A stretch of 64,000 nucleotides of DNA from an uncultured delta proteobacterium. GTDB taxonomy: Bacteria; Desulfobacterota; Binatia; UBA9968. Each line of letters opens with the position of its first letter. The stretch's first letter is position 1. Below, one piece after another: positions 43,423-52,640 of this stretch. Location of the stretch: NCBI GenBank assembly GCA_963840855.1, contig CAWJBB010000069.1:1-64000 (forward strand), in the 5' to 3' direction. The notes beneath the pieces are model-generated. The model was not told the DNA's origin. It saw only the letters and a list, made by a program, of their open reading frames with translations, and did no database searches. Both the position numbers and the translations under genes were made by a program.

Positions 43423-43455
43423 AATTACTTTGCCTCCAACCTTAAACTTGGCGCG

Positions 43456-44367
43456 CTAACAGAACGCCGGCGCCATTTCCTCTATTTGCTTTCTTCCTTC
43501 CGGCTTGATCTCCTCGACGGTTGCGAGAAAGTTCGGATGCGTCATGCCGGTGCCGAGATAGGTCCAGCGCATTCCTTTCAGGACGGCGTTGGTCATCTCC
43601 TCGCGCTCGCTCTTGGAGAGCTTTCTCCCGGTAGCTTGAACGAAGCTTTCCGCTTCGAACTCCGCTTGCTGCTTGATGCCGTTATCGATGAACATGCCGA
43701 TTTCGGCGTACTCTTCAAAGGCCTGATCGATCTCTTTTGGAGTAGAACCCTTCACGACCGACTCGACGATCAAAGTATCGAGCTTGGTATGCTGCGACTC
43801 TTCCAGCCAGTGGTGCTTGAGCAAGCTTTTGAACTGGGGGTCGAGGTTCTGATTATCCCTGACGCCTTCGATGTAGTGCCTCAGGGTGATCCATTCGATA
43901 TGGAGAATCGCAATTCCGACACCCAAAGGACTGTGCGAGAGAACAAAGCGGCTTATGTCTTCGGCGGGACCGATGAAGTCGCATTTGCTGCCGAACCCGC
44001 CCTCGAATTCTTGCCGGAAGCGCTTGAACAGATGAATGTGCTTTGCCTCTTCGCCGGCGAACTGAAGCAGAGCCCGCGCGCGGTAGTCATCTCCAGAGAG
44101 ATGAAGCCGCGCATGATCCACTACGTAGGGGAGAATAAATTCTTCCACCAGACCGAACATGGCGAGATATTCATGGCCGCGAATCTGATTCAAAGTGAGC
44201 TGTTCCTCGGCAGTGAGAAACGAAAGCTGTTTCACCTGCGCCAAGGATTCCGGCATGAACGGTTTGGTGAAGTCGAGCTGCTTGTCGCCGCCAATGATAT
44301 CGTCCACTTTCCAGCCGATTCGTTCAGAGGCGGCGAGCGCCGATTGGTATGAATAACTGTGTTGCAT
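43456..44367 (-). CDS. Ferritin-like diiron protein (AurF/oxygenase-like)
   Basis: VEEF, EEAKH, HIEW and HHWLEESQH ligand pattern; AAGGAGG RBS. Confidence 0.7.
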   Translation of the reverse strand: MQHSYSYQSALAASERIGWKVDDIIGGDKQLDFTKPFMPESLAQVKQLSFLTAEEQLTLNQIRGHEYLAMFGLVEEFILPYVVDHARLHLSGDDYRARALLQFAGEEAKHIHLFKRFRQEFEGGFGSKCDFIGPAEDISRFVLSHSPLGVGIAILHIEWITLRHYIEGVRDNQNLDPQFKSLLKHHWLEESQHTKLDTLIVESVVKGSTPKEIDQAFEEYAEIGMFIDNGIKQQAEFEAESFVQATGRKLSKSEREEMTNAVLKGMRWTYLGTGMTHPNFLATVEEIKPEGRKQIEEMAPAFC

Positions 44368-44411
44368 TTTCCTTTCCTCCTTCTCAAGTGACGTTGCTGG
44401 AAATGCCTTAG

Positions 44412-44427
44412 AGCAGCCCGCGTGCCA
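44412..44427 (-). promoter_or_regulatory. Sigma54 (-24/-12) promoter
   Basis: TGGCAC-GCGGG-CTGCT, about 45 nt upstream of ATG 44367. Confidence 0.75.
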
Positions 44428-44495
44428 TCTTGTCTACGTCGGATTTATTGAGGAAAACCATTGACTTAGCGAAATCCACCATTATCGGAACAGTT

Positions 44496-44551
44496 GTGAG
44501 ATTTCACGAGTTACGAGATCTCACGTTCATCCCCTGTGAGATCTCGTAACT
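44496..44551. promoter_or_regulatory. Putative enhancer/operator
   Basis: Perfect 16-bp inverted repeat AGTTACGAGATCTCAC-N11-GTGAGATCTCGTAACT (44509..44551), plus GTGAGATTTCAC at 44496. Confidence 0.6.
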
Positions 44552-44669
44552 GAAGACGAAGGAGTTAACCGGGGAAGGTGTCAATCGAATGTCGCCCAAT
44601 GTCAGGACAAAATCTGTGTGAAGGATTATTCCCCTTTCATAACAAGACAAAATTCGGAGGCGTAAGCGA

Positions 44670-46028
44670 ATGCCGACCTTTAAATCCGGGGCCAAAAAAC
44701 CCAAAAATATCGTCGCAGGACTCTGGCTAGTGTGGGTTGCCTTACTGGTTGCGCAGTCATCTTACGCTGACGACAAACTCACTGACATCTACACGTTTCC
44801 GGACATCCCCATCAAAGAATTTCACAACAAGTTGCTTCCCGATAGTGTCGGCGACCATCGCAAAATTCTTCTGGGGTCGGTCGGTAGCGATCTAGGGCGC
44901 GGGCCGAAAGATCCGCGCGATGAGTTTTGGATGGTGACCGACCGCGGACCTAATGGTCAGATCAAAGTGGATGGGACGAGCCGCCGTACTTTTTTGGTGC
45001 CGGAATTCAATCCGACGATCCTCAGAGTCAAAACCCAAGGCAAAGAGGTTGGTATTTTGGAAGCCCTACCCATCGTCGGCCAATCGGGGAAGGCCGTGAC
45101 GGGACTGCCGAATTTGAAAGGGATGAACGAGACGCCATACGACTACTCCGCTCAGGAATTGCTAAATTTCAATCCTAACGGTCTTGATACTGAAGGGCTC
45201 GTCCGCACGACCGCTGGTGACTTCTGGATCGTCGAAGAGTATGGGCCTTCACTTGTCCACGTGGATCGAACCGGCAAGGTGCTGAAGCGCTACATCCCCG
45301 AGGGGCTCAAGATCGAGGATACGGACTATCCCGTCGCCAACGTGTTGCCGGCGATCTATGGGAAGACAAAGATAAACCGAGGCTTCGAGGGGCTGGCGCT
45401 AAGCAACGATGAGAAGACTCTCTATATCGTGCTCCAAAGCCCGCTGCTCAATCCTGACGGAAAGACCGGAAACGCTTCGCGCAACACCCGGGTGCTTGTG
45501 TTCGACATCGCCGCCGAGAAAGTCACAGCCGAGTATACCTATCGATTCGACGCGTCGAGCGAATTCGACTCTAATCCCAGGAACAGCCCTGATGAGATGA
45601 AACTCTCGGGAGTAGCCTTTCTCAACCCAACCACACTTCTCGTGCTTGAGCGGACGGACCGCGTGGCGAAACTTTACAGCGTGGACATGAGTAAAGCGAC
45701 GAACATTCTTAACACTCGATGGGACGACGCGAAGACGGCTCCCGCTCTTGAAGCGCTCCACGATCCGGCGAGTGCGCAAGTGCGCGTTCTACCCAAGTCG
45801 CTCGTGCTCGATTTGAGTTCTCTATCCGGCATGCCCGAGAAGATCGAAGGAATCGCAGTGCTCGACCGGCATACCATCGCCGTCGCCAACGACAACGACT
45901 TCGACAGCGAAGAAAGTAAAGATGATGCTGAAGGCAACGGTATCGGAAAGGCAAAGAAATCTCAGATTTTCGTCATTTCTCTAACCAAACCCCTGCCGCT
46001 CCCTCTAGACAGCGTCGCTGCCCGCTAA
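44670..46028 (+). CDS. Esterase-like activity of phytase family secreted protein
   Basis: Signal peptide; TDRGPN, GLDTEG, EEYGPS, NRGFEGLA, LQSPL and NDNDF motifs. Confidence 0.88.
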   Translation: MPTFKSGAKKPKNIVAGLWLVWVALLVAQSSYADDKLTDIYTFPDIPIKEFHNKLLPDSVGDHRKILLGSVGSDLGRGPKDPRDEFWMVTDRGPNGQIKVDGTSRRTFLVPEFNPTILRVKTQGKEVGILEALPIVGQSGKAVTGLPNLKGMNETPYDYSAQELLNFNPNGLDTEGLVRTTAGDFWIVEEYGPSLVHVDRTGKVLKRYIPEGLKIEDTDYPVANVLPAIYGKTKINRGFEGLALSNDEKTLYIVLQSPLLNPDGKTGNASRNTRVLVFDIAAEKVTAEYTYRFDASSEFDSNPRNSPDEMKLSGVAFLNPTTLLVLERTDRVAKLYSVDMSKATNILNTRWDDAKTAPALEALHDPASAQVRVLPKSLVLDLSSLSGMPEKIEGIAVLDRHTIAVANDNDFDSEESKDDAEGNGIGKAKKSQIFVISLTKPLPLPLDSVAAR

Positions 46029-46059
46029 CATTTTGGAAAACTATCTAACGCGTTTCTCT

Positions 46060-46301
46060 CTACGCCGCTTCGGCGGGCAAGCAAAGCGCAAAGATCATGG
46101 CGCTCAGCGCAAGGACGGTAATTTCTCTCTTCATGTTTTTCTCTGCCCTCTCTACTCGACACTCGACACTCGCCCCACTTCTCACTTGATCACCTTATCG
46201 GCTCTATACAGCATAGATTGCGGAATGGTCAGGTCGATCTGCTTAGCCGTCTTGAGATTGATCACCAGCTCGAACTTCGTCGGCTGCTCCACCGGCAGGT
46301 C
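46060..46301 (-). pseudogene. Remnant junction of two tandem ABC SBP genes
   Basis: 46182..46301 encodes [39 protein letters not shown]. 46060..46134 encodes MKREITVLALSAMIFALCLPAEAA*. Confidence 0.85.
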
Positions 46302-46404
46302 AGGGTCATTGTCCTTGGATCTTTGTGCCTGCTGCCGTACCATGACAATGACCCTGACGGTATTTTCCCATCTGCGCAGGTTGTGCTCAGCTAAAGGTGC
46401 TCCA

Positions 46405-47349
46405 TTAATTTAAAGGCTGTGGCTCGCCGTAGATAAAGTCATCCATCATAACGATGTCGTTCTTCCCATCATCATCCGGCCCCGGAGCAACGTCGCCGGT
46501 TGTGATCCGGACCCGCGCGATGCGCGCATCCTCAAACACGATGCCGAAGAAAGTAAGGCTCGCATCGCCCGGCGAGGCCGGAACGAAACTGCTGAACAAA
46601 AGCTTGCCGTACGCGTCGAAGTACTCCATCAGCGTGCTAGCGCCGCGGTTTCCTTTCTTCTTTCCAGGTCCGCTCCCATCCGGCTGGTCAACGTCTGTGA
46701 AGACCGCGCCGAATCCGGTGATCGTTGCTGGTATAGCTCCATTGGTGCCGGGCACGAAGAACGAAGCTTCGGTGATGTTGCTGCCCACTGGAGTGAACAA
46801 CCGCGACGGGCTGAAGGCGCTGAAAGTGGTGCCGTAGGTCGGATTGTTAAAGAGCGCCTCAAGGCCGCCCTGAGGCCCGCCCGATGCGGGAGCCTGTGAA
46901 AGGCCTATCCCCGGTGTCGTGAACTGACCACCGCGTGTGTTTAAGAACACATTGAACGGCGTTACCGGGGCTGTGGTATCCAGAACATTGGGGGGGTTGG
47001 CGCCGTCCCAGTTGATCTCGCGGCGACCGCTTCTGTCGAGCGGCGGTGGGTTATTGCCGTTGTTGGGATCGCCCAGAGCAGTGCGGAATGCAGCGACCGT
47101 CCCCTGAATCGAGTCGGCCGTTGACCCTGCCGCCTGGAACACAGCCGGCGCAACAAAGTCCTTGGATGAGTTGCCCTGCGCGTGCGCAGCCTGGCGGACT
47201 GGGACTAGCAACGTCATGAACAACAAGCCAAACGCGAGTACGTGAGTTAAAGGTACATGCCTCTTCATGATTGCATGCTCTATCGAGCCCCCTAGGCGGG
47301 GATGGTTATTTTCGACTTCCTCAATTTTCGTTGTAACTATGGTATTCAT
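46405..47349 (-). CDS. Hypothetical secreted protein (start may be the internal Met of MKRHVP)
   Basis: Signal-peptide-like segment; [17 protein letters not shown] and MDDFIYGEP in a long G/P-rich ORF. Confidence 0.7.
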   Translation of the reverse strand: MNTIVTTKIEEVENNHPRLGGSIEHAIMKRHVPLTHVLAFGLLFMTLLVPVRQAAHAQGNSSKDFVAPAVFQAAGSTADSIQGTVAAFRTALGDPNNGNNPPPLDRSGRREINWDGANPPNVLDTTAPVTPFNVFLNTRGGQFTTPGIGLSQAPASGGPQGGLEALFNNPTYGTTFSAFSPSRLFTPVGSNITEASFFVPGTNGAIPATITGFGAVFTDVDQPDGSGPGKKKGNRGASTLMEYFDAYGKLLFSSFVPASPGDASLTFFGIVFEDARIARVRITTGDVAPGPDDDGKNDIVMMDDFIYGEPQPLN

Positions 47350-47603
47350 TTCTTCTTCCTTTCTTATTTCATATGGGTTATTCGTGCTTTCCTATTAAAC
47401 GTGAGCGAATGTTCTCGAAGCTCATTCGATTCTCCGGCTCGCGATTAAATAATTCTTCTTTGGCTTACTGTAGAGTTGGTTCATCGCTAGATAGATGATA
47501 ACGATCGCAAGCAACAAAAACTCATTCATAAAATTCCTCTATCTCCTAACTAAATCTCATTTTGCAAAATCCATTTTCTCTGCTTTCGACAACTGTTTCT
47601 CGT

Positions 47604-48233
47604 TTACTTGTCCCAACAGCCAGGCGAAACGATATCAGCCGAGTCGTTAGTTTCTTCGACCCAGTTCTTCCCGACGCGCGACAGGACCATGGAGGCGACT
47701 TTGTCCTCCCCAAGCGCTGCAAACGCTTTTGCGACCGCAACAAGCCCTGATCGACTTTGCCTCTTCTCGGCTGCGACCATCGCGCGAAGAAGAAGCGCAT
47801 TTGTCGAGGAATAAGGACCTCTTTCCCTTTCCAGCGTTTTAATCCCATAGGCGGCGGCGAGTAACCCTGCCCAATCGTCGCGCCAGACTGCGAACATCCC
47901 CGCTTGCAAATACAAATGCTTCGCGTAATACAGATCGCCCTTTGCCCCCGCCGCATCCGCGAGTGCAAGAACGGGTTTCCAGTCTGGAATCTCCCGCCCG
48001 CTGAAGTCAGACTGCGACCATGTCAAAGCCGCCAGAACCAGAAGGGTCAGAAGTATTGCTCGATAGGTGACCGCCCACCACGACTTTGCGCGAAGATTCT
48101 CCCCAGAATGAGGTTGCGTAATATTGAGCGTTCCGCTTTCGACGGAACGGTTTTGATCTCGTAAACCCTGATCCGGTCGGGTTTGCCTATAAGGTGAATA
48201 AGTTGAGTGCATTGATTCGTCATTCTTGTTCAT
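47604..48233 (-). CDS. Hypothetical membrane-anchored helical (TPR-like) protein
   Basis: One TM segment followed by Ala-rich helices; overlaps the upstream small ORF. Confidence 0.55.
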   Translation of the reverse strand: MNKNDESMHSTYSPYRQTRPDQGLRDQNRSVESGTLNITQPHSGENLRAKSWWAVTYRAILLTLLVLAALTWSQSDFSGREIPDWKPVLALADAAGAKGDLYYAKHLYLQAGMFAVWRDDWAGLLAAAYGIKTLERERGPYSSTNALLLRAMVAAEKRQSRSGLVAVAKAFAALGEDKVASMVLSRVGKNWVEETNDSADIVSPGCWDK

Positions 48234-48423
48234 GGGTACTTCGAGCCAAAGGGATTTTGCTTCTGACATTGATTTCCTCCGCATGGAGCCGAAGCCTTTT
48301 CGCCGCCATAAAACAGAGGGAGCAAACAATCATATCAAGCAGCCTAATGCCTTCATCTTCGCTCGTAACCCGATAGGCGCTACCTACAATCAACTCCCCG
48401 CAATATTGACAAGAACGTTTCAT
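48220..48423 (-). CDS. Small CxxC...CxxC zinc-finger-like protein
   Basis: MKRSCQYCGE...VCSLCF; GGAAGGAG RBS. Confidence 0.6.
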   Translation of the reverse strand: MKRSCQYCGELIVGSAYRVTSEDEGIRLLDMIVCSLCFMAAKRLRLHAEEINVRSKIPLARSTHEQE

Positions 48424-48681
48424 AACTCTCCTTCCAAAAACACGACACTCAATATCAGGAATAGACCAGACGGAACCGACCGATGATGGGAGTCGAACCC
48501 AGACCTCTTGGATGCCATTCAAGAATGTATCGTGACTAGATCCACCTGTTTACTGGTGTAGCCTAAGCATTGTGCCCTCGAGCTCCTCGAGGAGGACGGT
48601 GCGGGATTCATCGAACCGAATACGGTCAAAAATCATTCCGGAGAAGCACCACGATTTTTCTAATCATAGGCCCGCCTCTAG

Positions 48682-48697
48682 AGCAACGCGCGTGCCA
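48682..48697 (-). promoter_or_regulatory. Sigma54 (-24/-12) promoter
   Basis: TGGCAC-GCGCG-TTGCT, a consensus match. Confidence 0.8.
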
Positions 48698-49086
48698 CGA
48701 ATAGAAGTCCGTAAAAATCGCAACTTATGAGTGAAGGGTATTGTCAAGAACCGTCGCAACCTTGCTACCCGGGGAGTAGCAAACTTGATTCAGTTGACAA
48801 CGGGACGAGCTAACGAGCTTCGGAACGTCATCGGCTTAGTATCTTTGATCAGCTCCAGAAGCTTTCCGCCGCTCTCCGCTAATGCTCGTTAGGCCAGTGA
48901 TGTTGCCACCGGGTGTGTGGAGCCGCACTCAGAACAGCTTCGCTGCCAAGGTAGTGGCGAGTGCTTGCCTATCCAGTGGCCACCTTCGCCCCTGCGACAA
49001 AGAGCGACAAGGGAACGCGCGAGAAACTTGAGACCCAAGGTCATAGCCGGCGCGCGCGGAATTGCGGAGGGCTGGCGCAACGCCCG

Positions 49087-50523
49087 CTATTCTGGCGGTT
49101 CGGCAGAGAGTTCCGGTTGGTCACGGCGGCGCAGGCGTTTATTTAGGGCTTGCCGCGATACGCCGAGGAGCCCGGCGGCCACGCCCTGATTGCCGTCCGC
49201 TCGGCTCAGCGCCTCAGCGATCAACGCGTCCTCGGCCTCTTTGAGCGTGGGGAGCCGATCAGGAGACCACGCGACCAGCCCGGTGGACGGCTCCTCCGGC
49301 TGCTGGGCCGCGGCGAGGTCCGACTTGCCGGCAATGGCTTCTTTGAAGCTTTGCAGCGACAGGATCGTCCCCTCGTGGCGGGCAACCGCGTCGAAGATCA
49401 ACCCTTCCAACTCGCGCACGTTCCCTGGGAAACTATAGGTCTTGAGCAACTGACAGAGCGCCAGCGGCACCGTCGGCATAGGTTTGCCGAGGACGCGAGC
49501 CGCCTTGTCAACAAAGTGATTGATCAATAAAGAAAGGTCGCCCCTACGGGCACGCAACGGCGGCAGATGGAGATGGTGGGTCCGCAGTCGGTAATAGACG
49601 TCTTTGCGAAACGTCCCTGCGCTAACGCTCCGCGTGATATCACAATTCGTGGCGCAGACGATCCGGGCACAGCTCTGGCGTGGCCGATCCGCGCCGACAG
49701 GATAAAAGGTGCCATCCTGGAGGAGACGCAGCAACTTGACCTGCGAAGAGACTGAAAGGTCGCCGATCTCGTCGAGAAACAGGGTGCCCTCTGCTGTGCT
49801 CGTCATCAAGCCGTCCCGCGCCTGATCGGCGCCGGTAAACGCACCCCTCGTATGACCGAACAAGGTATCCGAGAACAGAGTATCGTCCAGGCCCGCCACA
49901 TTGACGGTGACAAGCTCTCCCGGGCGTGCCGAGAGCCGATGAAGCGCTCGAGCAACCAGTTCCTTGCCCGTGCCAGTTTCACCGGTAATCAAGACCGGCT
50001 GCGGTGACGGCGAAACAGCCTCGATATAGCGAAAGATCGCAAACATTTCCTTGCTCTGCGTGATGATTTCGGCGAAGGCTTCGCGCTGATGCGGCGTATC
50101 CGTCAGGAGACGCTCTTTCAGGGACAACACCTCCGCACGCAACATGCGGATCTCTAATGCGCGCTTAACAGACGATACCAGGCGGTTTTCTTCCACCGGC
50201 TTGACCAGATAGTCGACGGCGCCATCTTGCATACACTGCACCGCGGTCTGGAGATCGTTCGTCGCCGTCATAACAATGACCGGAATATCCGGATGATCTT
50301 CGGTAACTTGCTCCAGGAGCGCATGCCCGGATAGATGGGGCATCGTGAGGTCGAGCAGCAACGCCCCGATGTCCCGTTCCGCCAGTAGCGGCATTACGGA
50401 GCGACTATCGTCGACAGTGAGAACGTGCACCAGGCCCGAAGAGCGCAGCACGATGCTCGCGCTGTGCAGCACCGGGGTATCGTCATCCACCAACAGAACC
50501 GGCATATTGGAAACGTCTTTCAT
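49087..50523 (-). CDS. Sigma54-dependent response regulator (NtrC family)
   Basis: Receiver LLVDDD; GETGTGKE, GAFTGA, LFLDEIG and FPGNVREL motifs; C-terminal Fis-type HTH. Confidence 0.95.
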   Translation of the reverse strand: MKDVSNMPVLLVDDDTPVLHSASIVLRSSGLVHVLTVDDSRSVMPLLAERDIGALLLDLTMPHLSGHALLEQVTEDHPDIPVIVMTATNDLQTAVQCMQDGAVDYLVKPVEENRLVSSVKRALEIRMLRAEVLSLKERLLTDTPHQREAFAEIITQSKEMFAIFRYIEAVSPSPQPVLITGETGTGKELVARALHRLSARPGELVTVNVAGLDDTLFSDTLFGHTRGAFTGADQARDGLMTSTAEGTLFLDEIGDLSVSSQVKLLRLLQDGTFYPVGADRPRQSCARIVCATNCDITRSVSAGTFRKDVYYRLRTHHLHLPPLRARRGDLSLLINHFVDKAARVLGKPMPTVPLALCQLLKTYSFPGNVRELEGLIFDAVARHEGTILSLQSFKEAIAGKSDLAAAQQPEEPSTGLVAWSPDRLPTLKEAEDALIAEALSRADGNQGVAAGLLGVSRQALNKRLRRRDQPELSAEPPE

Positions 50524-52640
50524 AGGATCGGCTTCTCCTCTCTAGCAGGCGACAAGTTGGGGAGACTCGACTTTTCCTCGCTAGGGCAGGGAAAGGCGAC
50601 CCGGGCGCGCGTGCCTTTGCCCGGCTCGGAATCAAAAGTGAGTCGGCCACCGTGCAAGCGGACGAGAGAAGAGGTGATGGCCAAACCAAGCCCTGTCCCT
50701 CCGCTGTCTTGCTTGGTGGTGAAAAAAGGATCGCACAAGCGTGCCAGATGCTCCGGCGGAATGCCGACACCTTCGTCGCGCACCTCGAGTACCACATAGC
50801 CCTTGCTGGCGTCGAAGGATGTCGTCACGGTGATTCCGTGTTTCCTGTCAGGCAACGCCTCCACGGCGTTGGTCAGAAGATTGACGACGATTTGCTCCAC
50901 GTGCTGCGCATCTCCCGGCAAGGACGGCAATCCCTGCGCAAGACCGACGTGCATGCGATCCGTGCGGTTCTTGATCAGATGGGCGAGCAAGCGTAGCGCG
51001 CGCTCGACCGCTTCGTTCAACTGTAAGGCGGTATGAGCCCCTCGTCCGCGCGGTCGCGAAAAATGCTTGAGGTCGTCAACGATGCGCTCGATCCGTCGCG
51101 CGCCGTCGTGTACGTCTCGAACCAGCGTGGGTACGGTGCGGCGCATTTCGCTATAAGGTAATCCGCCAAGTGAAAATGCCCCGTGTTCCTGCGCATAGTC
51201 ATCCAAGTTGCCCATAGCGTCATCCCACGCTTGCGCCAGTACCCTTGAGTTCATCAACACGACCTGGTTCGGATTGTTGATTTCGTGCGCCACGCTCGAG
51301 ACCAGCGTGCCCAAGGCGGTCATCTTATTGGCCTGGATGAGCTGCAGCTCCTGCTGGCGGGTGGTTTCCTGCAACTGTTTTTGGGCGGTCAGGTCACGGA
51401 TAATGCCGGTCACGTAGTTGTCGTGCGCCGTCGACCAGGTTGAGAGTGAAATCTCCAGCGGGAACTCACTGCCGTCTTTGCGGACACCGGAGAATTCCAC
51501 CGTAGTGCCAACCAAGCGAGAAGAGCCGGTGGTAGACCATTGCCTGAAGCGCTCAAGGTGAGCCAAATGGTAGCGGGTGGGTATCAGACGCGTGAAAGGA
51601 GTGCCCAGAATTTCCTCCGCCGTGTAGCCAAAGATCGCCTCTGCCATGGCGTTCCAAGAGACGATGTTTCCCGAGCTATCGGCGGAAATGATGGCGTCAT
51701 TGGCTGATTCTGTGATGGCACGGAAGCGTTCTTCGCTGGCGCGCAAGGCGGCGACAGCCTGCTGGCGCTCCCCCATCTCTCTCTCTAGGTCGGTATTGGC
51801 CCGGCGCAAGTCCCGGGCATTCGAGCGCAGTCGCGCAAACTGGTAAAACAAATAGCCAAGCAGGATGACGGCTACGAGGTACAGCAGCACTCGAAACAGT
51901 TGCGCGCGCGCTTCGACACTGTTGGCATACTGGAGCACGGCATTCTGGAGGGCATCTGCATGGGCCGTCGTGGGGGCGGCGATGATCTGGCGCAAGAGGG
52001 TATCGACTCGAGGAAGCATCTCCACAATCAGCCAACCATGTGCGATTAGCGTGTCGAGACCTCGCTGCATGCGCGGGTTAGCTGACAAACGACTGAGCGC
52101 TGCCTCTGCCTCTTTGCCCGCGCCGAGTTCCGACGTGTGTATGAAGCGCACCAGTACGTGCGAGACGGCAGCGATTTCTGCCGCCACGTTTTGCTCCGCT
52201 TTGAACTGTTTGCCGATGTTCTGCCCGGTATGTGTGAAATACCTCAAAGAGTTTTGCAGCAGGGCGTTGTCTGATTTGAAGTACTCGACCAGAGTTAGCT
52301 TCTGTTGCAACGCGGCCGTCAAGGCCTCCGCGTGCTTGCCCATTTCCTTTGGCGCCGCGCCCGATACGGTCGTAATCTCGGCGCGCAGCGCATCCGCTAT
52401 CTGGGAGAGCTGCTGACCGATCCGCGGCAACGAATCATAATTGGAAAGTAGCCCGGCGCGCGCAAGCAATACGTCGCGGGTCAGCTCCGTGTCATGCAGT
52501 TGCAAATTCTGCAATGCCTCTTGCATGCGTGCCCGCCGAGCGAGGTCTGGGTTCCTGCTCTGGATGAGCAAGTAGGTAAGCAGCAGCAGGAGGCCCGCCA
52601 CGATCGACAAAGGCTTCCACAATCTAACTATACTTGTCAC
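50520..52640 (-). CDS. Sensor histidine kinase, all-helical (DAHL-like) periplasmic domain + PAS
   Basis: Two TMs; LVEYFKSDNALLQNSLRYF; PAS (WNAMAEAIFGY); AHEINNP, FFTTK and GTGLGL motifs. Confidence 0.9.
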   Translation of the reverse strand: MTSIVRLWKPLSIVAGLLLLLTYLLIQSRNPDLARRARMQEALQNLQLHDTELTRDVLLARAGLLSNYDSLPRIGQQLSQIADALRAEITTVSGAAPKEMGKHAEALTAALQQKLTLVEYFKSDNALLQNSLRYFTHTGQNIGKQFKAEQNVAAEIAAVSHVLVRFIHTSELGAGKEAEAALSRLSANPRMQRGLDTLIAHGWLIVEMLPRVDTLLRQIIAAPTTAHADALQNAVLQYANSVEARAQLFRVLLYLVAVILLGYLFYQFARLRSNARDLRRANTDLEREMGERQQAVAALRASEERFRAITESANDAIISADSSGNIVSWNAMAEAIFGYTAEEILGTPFTRLIPTRYHLAHLERFRQWSTTGSSRLVGTTVEFSGVRKDGSEFPLEISLSTWSTAHDNYVTGIIRDLTAQKQLQETTRQQELQLIQANKMTALGTLVSSVAHEINNPNQVVLMNSRVLAQAWDDAMGNLDDYAQEHGAFSLGGLPYSEMRRTVPTLVRDVHDGARRIERIVDDLKHFSRPRGRGAHTALQLNEAVERALRLLAHLIKNRTDRMHVGLAQGLPSLPGDAQHVEQIVVNLLTNAVEALPDRKHGITVTTSFDASKGYVVLEVRDEGVGIPPEHLARLCDPFFTTKQDSGGTGLGLAITSSLVRLHGGRLTFDSEPGKGTRARVAFPCPSEEKSSLPNLSPAREEKPIL

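Noticed and set aside
48889-49080. Small C/H/CxxC ORF downstream of the NtrC-type regulator
   Set aside because: Could be real, but it has no clear RBS or recognisable family, so it was not called.
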